64,000 nucleotides of DNA from Mustelus asterias (taxonomy: Eukaryota): NCBI RefSeq assembly GCF_964213995.1, contig NC_135808.1:17174001-17238000 (forward strand), read 5' to 3'. Below the pieces are notes generated by a model, which made no database searches, was not told the DNA's origin, and saw only the letters and a list, made by a program, of their open reading frames with translations. Positions 59,401 to 64,000 of the stretch are shown one piece after another. Numbering within the stretch: position 1 is the first letter of the stretch; every line of letters starts with the position of its first letter. The position numbers and the translations under genes were made by a program.

Positions 59401-61755
59401 AATATCCCTCTATACCCCGCAAATGAGCAGGAATATCAGGTGTGCCGATACTTGGATGATTTTAGGACTGGAGGAGATTGTCTGATTGTTCTAAGAAAGA
59501 CGTTGGAGAGATTAAAAGCAAGTATTAACATGTCCTGAAGATTAGTTTGACTGTAAACTTCTCTAGCAGTCCACGAGTACAAGGATGTTGGCGAATGACA
59601 TTTGGTGCAAGTTAGGAGAAGACAACCCGAGTCTTGGATAAGCTCAAATTTAGAGACTGTAGCACGTGGAGGATGTTGACCCGAGTTTACGTGAGAAAAA
59701 AGTTAATTTTGAAGGTTGCAAAAGCATGGGTGCCAGTTCCAACAGTGGAAGAGCTGGGGCAGGGGTAGTGACTGGCGATGTTACAGCAGTGGAAATAAAC
59801 GATCTCATAAGTGACGGTACTGGTACTGGTTTCAAAATCATCTCAGGACCATATTTGACTCTGAGATTTGTGAATAGTCTGCTTCAGCCTCAGCCAAATG
59901 CTGGGGAGAGAGATGGAATCGATGGTAAAGGATCAGAAATTGGTGCAGGAACCAGGAGGAACGAAAGCAATCTTCCCAATATTAAACGCGCAAGGAAGTT
60001 CCTGTCCGTCTAATGCCGGTTAAGGAGTCTGATAATCGTGAGGCATCAGTGGCTCGAGAGAGGTCTTTCCTTGTGGAGAAATTGCACAGCATTTCTGATG
60101 GAAGTCTTCAAGGAGAGGACATTTTTTTGTATTTTAAGAACCATGGATAGATGGGTGGAGCTTCATAAGGAAATATAAAGGATTACAAAACTTTGGCCTA
60201 TTTCTACCTGTGAAGTTGCAATGCGGATCATGTATAGACCTTCCTGATAAATACAGAGAACTGCAAGCACAAAAGTGTTCCACCAGCGCCATACAAGTCA
60301 TTTAAATCAATGCATTTGAATATATCTTACAGTGCGTCGTCATTTCCTTGGCAAGAGAAGACATTGATTCCACAACAGTAAAAGAGACAGTGATCTCGGT
60401 TTTGACAATGAGGATACGATAGATTCGATGGATTGTACTACACTCCCTCTGCCATCCTCAAGTTTTTGTGGTTTCTTTTTCTTAATTGACTCTGGAAAGA
60501 TTGGATCAACGAGGCAGTTATCGGAGAAAACAATTTCTAAAATTAGGCAGGAATTCTTCCTACAGTGGTTGTTACCGCGCTTAGAAGTTGATAGGCATTT
60601 GTAAATGTCAATCAGTATTGTGCGGGAGGTGCAACGACAGAAAGGACCACTCGACCCAGGGAACTCCATTCCTCTGAGAAATATCAATTGGAAAGTCGAG
60701 ATCGATGCACAGAAATGATAATCTGCTGATTTCTGTATCTCGGACATCTCGAGAGTTGCTCCGAGTCAGTAATTTGAAAATCCGAGGAAGCGAAAACACA
60801 CGTCTGCCGGTTAACTTTGTAATTTAACCATGAGTATGTGGGCAACAAGGTAAAGAAGCACACAAAATTACACAGCAAGAGTCCATCATCTACACTCTCA
60901 ACTCAATCTCTTAGCAATAAGCCAACACAAACAAAGTACAGGTTATAAAAACAGATCGAGACAGACAGCACGCACGCACACACGCACACACACACGTGCG
61001 CGCGCGCACACACAACCCCCCACCCCCAGACCCCCACCCCACACACACACACACACGCTGACCCAGAGTGGGAATGTTATTATCGTTTGGGAAATGAAGT
61101 TTCTGAAGCTCCAAATGATTCTGAGCAAACTATATGGACACTCCAGTCCCTGAATCTCTGACATGTTTGCAATCTTTGTCTCTCTATTCATAAATTTATG
61201 CGGAAAGCAATCCATTGTGCAAGCCGCTGTCGTTACATTTTAGTTCATTTTAAAACTTTATTTCCGCTATTGGTTGTGTTCTTCTATTTGACAAAACCTG
61301 ACGTCCACTCAAGCCCCTAAAATACTTGCAGCCCGTCACAGCAACACAAAGAGTGGAGAGAGAATGAGGATGTGTTACTGATCTCACCGTGGGTTCACCA
61401 CATCCATGTTTCAAGATGGCACTGGAGCGTGGCAACTCCTCGCGAGCTATGTGTGGTATGATTTGAATGGATAGCACGCAAAACAATACTTATCGCTGTA
61501 TCTGGGTGCATTTGACAATAATAAATCAAATCAAATCAAAGTGTTAGATGCTTGAAAGAAAAAAAGATAAAATGATTTGCCGTTGCTGATACGTCACTCA
61601 TCTTACGTTGGGAACATTTGCACCATAAATCATTTTGATAGAACAGGAGCAATTAAAGTTTTTTTCAAAACTGTGCCTGCCTTTTTCATTATAATTGCTG
61701 ACTGAACTCGTTATATTTTTCGTAGATAAAGGGGACCTCGCAGCAAAGGAAGACG
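5382..61755 (+). CDS. Partial multi-micro-exon gene encoding a long heptad coiled coil (at least 24 exons, 232 aa); butyrophilin/BG-like architecture, identity unresolved
   Basis: 24 short segments, each with AG before and GT/GC after, lengths all divisible by 3, all open in phase 1, with mutually similar E/K/L/R/D-rich peptides. No 5' or 3' end in the window. Confidence 0.88.
5560..6620 (+). mobile_element. Old degenerate CR1 RT / 3' portion
   Basis: Decayed PQGSVL-, TKLG- and WPPYY-like segments in CR1 order. Confidence 0.6.
6770..7250 (+). mobile_element. CR1 3' fragment
   Basis: SLEFRRLR and [11 protein letters not shown] peptides plus CR1 3' UTR. Confidence 0.85.
7733..7768 (+). CDS. 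micro-exon B, 36 nt, [12 protein letters not shown]
   Basis: gattccag|AATTAG...GATGCTG|gtaagt. Confidence 0.88.
8989..9015 (+). CDS. micro-exon C, 27 nt, GLTINQKDK
   Basis: ttttttgcag|GACTGA...GACAAAG|gtaatt. Confidence 0.87.
9943..11747 (-). mobile_element. Young 5'-truncated CR1 LINE with near-intact RT
   Basis: ORFs 10172..11308 ([26 protein letters not shown]) and 11302..11616; 3' tail at about 9943. Confidence 0.95.
12100..15270. mobile_element. Probable degenerate DNA transposon (PIF/Harbinger-like) interrupted by a CR1
   Basis: GC-richer, coding-like decayed sequence on both sides of the CR1, with an acidic run on the minus strand near 14720-14760; no catalytic motif confirmed. Confidence 0.3.
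13180..14528 (-). mobile_element. Very young 5'-truncated CR1 LINE with an uninterrupted 411-aa RT C-terminal ORF
   Basis: ORF 13269..14504 ([21 protein letters not shown]); 8-nt (CATAAGAC)n terminal repeat at about 13181-13207. Confidence 0.96.
15510..15950 (+). mobile_element. Degenerate 3' end of an L2/CR1-group LINE related to 26499-29968
   Basis: ccaccaccgatgctcagt...cactgcagcaattctccaa parallels 29590-29660. Confidence 0.6.
16607..16633 (+). CDS. micro-exon D, 27 nt, EMEDHKKTD
   Basis: ctcttgtag|AGATGG...ACTGATG|gtgagt. Confidence 0.87.
16921..17122. mobile_element. Penelope-like terminal remnant in inverted arrangement, with a hammerhead-like core
   Basis: Inverted arms acaacaccaggttaaaatccaa / ttggactttaacctggtgttgt; minus strand CTGATGA-aagagcagtgctcc-GAAA. 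Confidence 0.7.
17194..17220 (+). CDS. micro-exon E, 27 nt, DDRIQEART
   Basis: ccttcattttacag|ACGACA...CGAACAG|gtgaat. Confidence 0.87.
17490..17785 (+). mobile_element. Short non-autonomous element sharing both ends with the 26499-29968 LINE
   Basis: taatccagagac...gggttcaaatccc head, acagcaatgtgg middle, aataaattctggcccagccagcgatgccca tail. Confidence 0.75.
18048..18332 (-). mobile_element. HE1-like SINE with an alternative 3' tail
   Basis: HE1 head and core on minus strand; tail aagtttatttattaatgtcacaagtagg. Confidence 0.85.
18731..18766 (+). CDS. micro-exon F, 36 nt, [12 protein letters not shown]
   Basis: ttgtttacag|AACTCC...GATGTCG|gtaagc. Confidence 0.9.
19420..21485 (+). mobile_element. 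Old degenerate CR1 LINE (endonuclease end to 3' UTR)
   Basis: Decayed LDLVL-, WRIANV-, LEHC- and RRLRGD-like segments in colinear order. Confidence 0.65.
21631..21657 (+). CDS. micro-exon G, 27 nt, EQLLRLKDE
   Basis: cttctgtcccag|AGCAAC...GATGAAG|gtaaaa. Confidence 0.9.
22210..22495 (-). mobile_element. HE1-like SINE (alternative tail)
   Basis: acagtgacccc...gaatcgaacctgggtccctggcgctgtg...gtgccaccgt. Confidence 0.8.
22675..22768 (-). mobile_element. Penelope-like terminal fragment
   Basis: acagatgctgtcagacctgctgagattttccagcatt; same family at about 21815-21910, 40650-40745 and 58370-58575. Confidence 0.6.
22770..23205 (+). mobile_element. Degenerate CR1 3' fragment
   Basis: ggagtttggagaataaaagatagacttattga and decayed 3' UTR. 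Confidence 0.55.
23462..23467 (+). CDS. candidate 6-nt micro-exon (EI)
   Basis: ctcttcacgtgcag|AAATCG|gtaagc; frame-preserving phase 1-1, 118 nt upstream of exon H. Confidence 0.35.
23586..23609 (+). CDS. micro-exon H, 24 nt, ELRQLRKQ
   Basis: tttttctatgcag|AGCTAA...AAACAAG|gtagga. Confidence 0.87.
23990..24004 (+). CDS. candidate 15-nt (or 12-nt from 23993) micro-exon (VARIS/ARIS)
   Basis: ctttattctaag|TAG|CTAGGATTTCAG|gtaaat; tandem NAGNAG acceptor, both options frame-preserving. Confidence 0.35.
25892..25912 (+). CDS. micro-exon I, 21 nt, AAGVPSS (hinge-like)
   Basis: cacttttcttgcag|CTGCAG...AGTTCAG|gtgaaa; occupies the same slot as 21-nt exon Q in the next repeat. Confidence 0.7.
26080..26497 (-). 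mobile_element. CR1 3' fragment
   Basis: [16 protein letters not shown] peptide (ORF 26355..26585). Confidence 0.75.
26499..29968 (+). mobile_element. Near full-length degenerate L2/CR1-group LINE with tRNA-like 5' head and a single endonuclease-RT region
   Basis: A-box tggcctagtgg 26509-26519 and B-box gttcgaatcc 26573-26582; [38 protein letters not shown] motifs across frameshifts; aataaa-containing tail. Confidence 0.88.
29232..29590 (+). mobile_element. Full-length young HE1 SINE inserted in the LINE
   Basis: ggggcggcacggtagcacagtggttagcac head, B-box gttcgaatcc, V-core, CR1-type tail gaatggcctctttctgcactgtag; short tctctc flank on both sides. Confidence 0.93.
30655..30690 (+). CDS. micro-exon J, 36 nt, [12 protein letters not shown]
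   Basis: gttggcag|ATTTTG...GATAAAG|gtcagt. Confidence 0.85.
31515..31541 (+). CDS. micro-exon K, 27 nt, DRELRRKDE
   Basis: ctgcctgatag|ATCGGG...GATGAAG|gtagaa. Confidence 0.85.
32100..32468 (+). mobile_element. Short non-autonomous element sharing both ends with the 26499-29968 LINE, with a foreign insert of about 40 nt
   Basis: Same head, middle and tail blocks as 17490-17785. Confidence 0.75.
32658..32693 (+). CDS. micro-exon L, 36 nt, [12 protein letters not shown]
   Basis: gtcattag|AAATAGATTTAC...GATGCCG|gtaagg; a second in-frame AG lies 6 nt downstream. Confidence 0.85.
32880..33662 (+). mobile_element. CR1 3' portion
   Basis: [16 protein letters not shown] and 3' UTR gatcagccatgatcat. 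Confidence 0.85.
34473..34496 (+). CDS. micro-exon M, 24 nt, EKKPARCD
   Basis: ctattatcatag|AAAAGA...TGCGATG|gtaagt. Confidence 0.78.
36048..36074 (+). CDS. candidate micro-exon, 27 nt, DKYVMASRL
   Basis: gctacag|ACAAAT...AGACTGG|gtgtgc; weak donor, but lies where the repeat pattern predicts an E/U-type 27-nt exon. Confidence 0.4.
36978..37308 (-). mobile_element. HE1 SINE
   Basis: Full HE1 head, core and catagaatccctacagt tail on minus strand. Confidence 0.9.
37894..37929 (+). CDS. micro-exon N, 36 nt, [12 protein letters not shown]
   Basis: ttttcctttcag|ACCGAG...GATCTCG|gtgaga. Confidence 0.9.
38116..38142 (+). CDS. micro-exon O, 27 nt, VELLRLKDK (GC donor)
   Basis: tgtttccacag|TGGAAC...GACAAAG|gcaagt; peptide closely matches exon G. 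Confidence 0.87.
38865..39492 (+). mobile_element. Split short element of the 17490/32100 family
   Basis: Head at 38865-39050; remainder (ttagggaaggaa-like block to tail) at 39280-39490. Confidence 0.6.
40845..41520 (-). mobile_element. Degenerate CR1 3' portion
   Basis: catagaatcatag tail, ggccattcggccc, and an [12 protein letters not shown]-like peptide. Confidence 0.7.
41530..41575. repeat. poly-C plus (CA)n microsatellite
   Basis: ccccccccccaaacacacacacacacacac. Confidence 0.85.
42667..42693 (+). CDS. micro-exon P, 27 nt, ELEELRKEG
   Basis: ttttcttcag|AACTCG...GAAGGCA|gtaagt. Confidence 0.87.
43097..43117 (+). CDS. micro-exon Q, 21 nt, SRTTEEC
   Basis: ctgtattcag|GCAGAA...GAATGCG|gtaaga. 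Confidence 0.78.
43230..43256 (+). CDS. micro-exon R, 27 nt, DKELRECKA (GC donor)
   Basis: ttattctttcag|ATAAAG...AAAGCAG|gcacgt; peptide resembles exon K. Confidence 0.8.
43383..43865 (-). mobile_element. Rex1-like LINE 3' end
   Basis: (TTTGA)n tail; reverse complement of about 44930-45372. Confidence 0.8.
44245..45372 (+). mobile_element. Rex1/Babar-like LINE, 5'-truncated, frameshifted RT
   Basis: [42 protein letters not shown]; (AAATC)n tail. Confidence 0.9.
45640..47800 (+). mobile_element. Highly degenerate RTE-clade LINE, interrupted by a CR1 3' end
   Basis: [47 protein letters not shown] remnants in RTE order. Confidence 0.7.
47345..47607 (-). mobile_element. CR1 3' end
   Basis: gaacataagaacataag tail; [17 protein letters not shown]. 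Confidence 0.85.
47883..48200 (+). mobile_element. HE1 SINE
   Basis: ggcggcacggtggcacagtgg head, core, ggcctccttctgcactgtagg tail. Confidence 0.9.
48614..48649 (+). CDS. micro-exon S, 36 nt, [12 protein letters not shown]
   Basis: tttgtctttatag|AAACCG...TATGCAA|gtaagg. Confidence 0.85.
49660..49686 (+). CDS. micro-exon T, 27 nt, KKEKHLKDD
   Basis: ttgttttag|AAAAGG...GACGATG|gtaagt. Confidence 0.87.
49960..51340 (+). mobile_element. Degenerate CR1 RT and 3' portion
   Basis: GVP-GSVLGP remnant, [19 protein letters not shown]. Confidence 0.8.
51552..51578 (+). CDS. micro-exon U, 27 nt, EDQIRETQL
   Basis: aattttacag|AGGATC...CAATTAG|gtaagc. Confidence 0.87.
   Translation, partial: RIKYVRLN
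52290..52592 (-). mobile_element. HE1-like SINE (alternative tail)
   Basis: Same structure as 18048-18332. Confidence 0.82.
52907..54025 (-). mobile_element. Young 5'-truncated CR1 LINE
   Basis: ORFs 52985..53425, 53429..53779 and part of 53839..54180 are consecutive RT segments; catagaacatagaac tail. Confidence 0.95.
54162..54438 (+). mobile_element. Solo LTR (277 bp) with 5-bp target-site duplication
   Basis: TGT...ACA termini, ATAAG at 54157-54161 and 54439-54443, AATAAA at 54397-54402. Confidence 0.8.
54500..54930 (+). mobile_element. Degenerate 3' end of the 26499-family LINE
   Basis: gtgtaccatcta...gtcgctgggtcaaa...ttaggaatggccaatacatgctggcc. Confidence 0.65.
55609..55644 (+). CDS. 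micro-exon V, 36 nt, [12 protein letters not shown]
   Basis: aattttgccag|AACGTC...AATGTCG|gtaaga; peptide matches exon N. Confidence 0.88.
56330..56356 (+). CDS. micro-exon W, 27 nt, EDLLKGQDA
   Basis: cttttcattttgcag|AGGATT...GATGCAG|gtacaa. Confidence 0.87.
56515..57182. mobile_element. Possible solo LTR
   Basis: gttataa start and ttataaca end are inverted; target-site duplication not clear. Confidence 0.35.
57590..59400 (-). mobile_element. Degenerate, internally deleted 26499-family LINE with a Penelope-like insert
   Basis: [20 protein letters not shown] (endonuclease start) and [15 protein letters not shown] / [11 protein letters not shown] (RT). Confidence 0.75.
58370..58575. mobile_element. 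Penelope-like inverted terminal remnant (fold-back)
   Basis: Perfect central palindrome ctttgtcaaagctttgacaaag; arms gcaggtctgacagtatctg / cagatgctgccagac. Confidence 0.7.
59440..60050 (-). mobile_element. Old LINE remnant (L2-like)
   Basis: Low-identity RT C-terminal-like sequence. Confidence 0.35.
60968..61057. repeat. (CA)n/(CG)n/(CACG)n microsatellite
   Basis: cacgcacgcacacacgcacacacacacgtgcgcgcgcgcacacaca...acacacacacacacac. Confidence 0.9.
61726..61755 (+). CDS. micro-exon X, 30 nt, [10 protein letters not shown]
   Basis: atttttcgtag|ATAAAG...GAAGACG|gtaaca. Confidence 0.75.
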
Positions 61756-61899
61756 GTAACATTTTATAGAACTTTGATGTTCTTTATTACATTTTGGGCT
61801 TCCTGGTGGGAGAGAACTAATCATTGGAATTAGGGGGATGGATGAGGAGAAACCTCGAACAAAGATATTTACCTAAAAGAGGGTTAATTTCAGATCATA

Positions 61900-62960
61900 A
61901 AGGAGGGAGTGGTCTGGAGTCCAGGACTGGCAGTCAGAAATCTAATGGAGAGCTGGGCTTCAATTCAAGCAGATATGGTTCTAATTGGTTCTAGGTACAA
62001 TTCCAAAGAGAGTGAAGAAGGTTAAACAAAGCCAAAGTTCTTGGCTTTAATGGCATTAGAAACAGGTTGTCAGAGCAAAATGGAGGCTGGTGCATTATGA
62101 AGCCGGAATATCAGGGTAAAAAAGCCTTAAAATTAAAAATACAGAGGACAAGCGAAAAAGAATAATGTGGGAAACAAACACACAGTACGAGAATAGATTG
62201 AAGCTGACCTAAATGAATCGAAAGGTGTAATTCGTAAAAGAGGTTCCAGAGAAAGAGTTGGTCCAAGTTGAGTCCAAAGGGGTGAAGGGTTGGTGGATGC
62301 AGAAGGCGTGGAGGAGGTATTAAATGAATAATTTGCATCAGTGTTAACCAAGGATGTGATCTTCACTGAAGCTTCGGTAACTGAGGCCACAAGGTCAAAC
62401 ACAATAATGGATACGGAGAAATCAGTTGAAAGGCTGGCGAATTTAAAGATAATGAGATCTGGATGAATACAGCGGGCATTGCTGAGGAAAATAAGGATAG
62501 AAATTACACACTCACGGGCCGGGTTTCTCCCATTCCACCCGCCACTGGAATTTTAGTGGACGGGTTGCTGAGAATGGGAAACATCATTGACGGTCGGGCG
62601 GGAATTTCCGGCTTTAATACCAGCGCGGCCAGAGAATTCCGCCCACGATCTTCAAATCCTCATTCCAAACAGGAGTGGTCTCAAAGGATTCAAAATATCA
62701 CACAATTGTTCAAAAAGGTAGGAGGATACAATTGGCTGTTAGAGACTTATCAGCTTAACATTGGTAACAGGGGAAACCTGTCGAAATAATAATGTGGGAG
62801 AAAATGAATAGTCACTTAGACAAGCACAGACTAAAATAAAGAGCCAGTATGGACTTGTTAAAGGTAATTCGTGACTGATTACCATGCATTTTGATGGTCT
62901 AACATTACGAGAAGTTACTGGATTCCGAGGGGTGTTTAAGAAAGCGCAATAGACATCTCG
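61900..62960 (+). mobile_element. Degenerate CR1 ORF2 middle portion
   Basis: EVLNE-FASVLT remnant, LFKK, SQYGLVKG. Confidence 0.65.
62516..62644. mobile_element. MITE-like insert with imperfect TIRs
   Basis: gggccgggtttctc ... gagaattccgccc interrupting the CR1. Confidence 0.55.
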
Positions 62961-62974
62961 GTAATTTTAAGTAC

Positions 62975-63830
62975 ATGAGGCAAGAGAAAGCGCAACATCT
63001 CGTCCTTAGGTCTATTTATGTCGTTATTACCAATATCGACCATGACAACTGGATCCTGACCCTTCCAGTGCAATTTCCTCTCTAGTCCCGGGCAGATGTC
63101 CAAAACTACGACACCTGGCAGGAATCACAGCCATTTGGACTCATGCTTTCGACTGCATTGGAAAGTATCAACTCCCACACCCCGTACTATATTGTCCCAT
63201 ACTAGCAATTCTTTCACTATAACTCCACCCATTTAAGTAGCCTTGCTTATTGGTGATGGAGTCAATTCGTTCATCATTCTGCATCCTCTGCTTTCATCCC
63301 CCACATGCTGCAGGAATCTGGAACCTATTGGACGATTGCAAGGCCTGACATTCCACGACTTTTGACTTCTCGTTCCCCTTACCTGCCTCATTCGCAGTCA
63401 CACCATCCCTCTCCCTGAGCACTGGCCAGATCAGCAGGCCCTAACCTAAGGGGTGTGAATACCTCCTGGAACAAAATGTCCAGGTACCTTCCCTCGTCCC
63501 TGATGCGTTGCAGTATCGACAGCACAGCCTCCAGCAGAAGCACACTGAACCAAAGTTCCCAAGGTGCTTACATTCATTACAGATGTATTTGCCCTGGATC
63601 ACACTGTGGTGCAGAAATCCCCACATTTTGTATTCACAACACATCGCCTGCTCTGCCATCTTCATGATATTTTAAGTAGTGTGTTATTTTGTTCGAAGTG
63701 TTCTGCTCCGAATGAGATTTACGACTTCTTGTAAATGCGATTAATGTGAATCAAACTTTACAATTGCCGATATATTACTGCGACTCTGTAAATATAAATG
63801 AGCAAAATTCTTGCCATCACTTACCTGCTT
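62975..63830 (-). mobile_element. CR1 5' region / ORF1 remnant
   Basis: MAEQAMCC..MW..YICNEC zinc-knuckle-like start and DPVVMVDIG esterase remnant. Confidence 0.65.
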
Positions 63831-64000
63831 CCCTCGCCCCTGAGTGCACCGAATTCCTTTACTCACGATATTCTCAACTTCAAACTCTGTAACTGGTTGC
63901 ACTCAGTGATGAGCTGCTGTCTTTGTGCGTAATGGTTAACATCGTAATCTCAAAGGGGTCTCAAGGAGGTTCCTCTGGATGCCGATACACGAACCTTTGA

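Noticed and set aside
5382-61755. Assigning a gene symbol (BTN, BG, triadin, myosin, PRKG1 zipper)
   Set aside because: Only generic coiled-coil sequence is present, with no diagnostic domain in the window.
1-64000. CRISPR array or prokaryotic operon
   Set aside because: No regularly spaced direct repeats; the sequence is vertebrate intronic DNA.

Overview
Eukaryotic, repeat-dense DNA that looks elasmobranch (shark): HE1-type tRNA-derived V-SINEs, many CR1/HER1-type LINEs, plus Rex1, RTE, L2/CR1-group LINEs, Penelope-like remnants and a solo LTR. Every long ORF in the supplied track is retroelement-derived. The main result is invisible to that track. The window is the interior of one large + strand gene made of at least 24 micro-exons (21-36 nt, all multiples of 3, all phase 1-1, flanked by pyrimidine-tract/AG and GT or GC donors) spread from 5382 to 61755. 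Spliced in order they give a stop-free 696-nt (232-aa) heptad coiled coil: [232 protein letters not shown]. It is built from 36+27-nt (three-heptad) modules in roughly three higher-order repeats. The architecture recalls butyrophilin / chicken BG heptad mini-exons, but no start, stop or diagnostic domain is in the window, so identity is unproven. Exon coordinates were read base by base; repeat boundaries are approximate.
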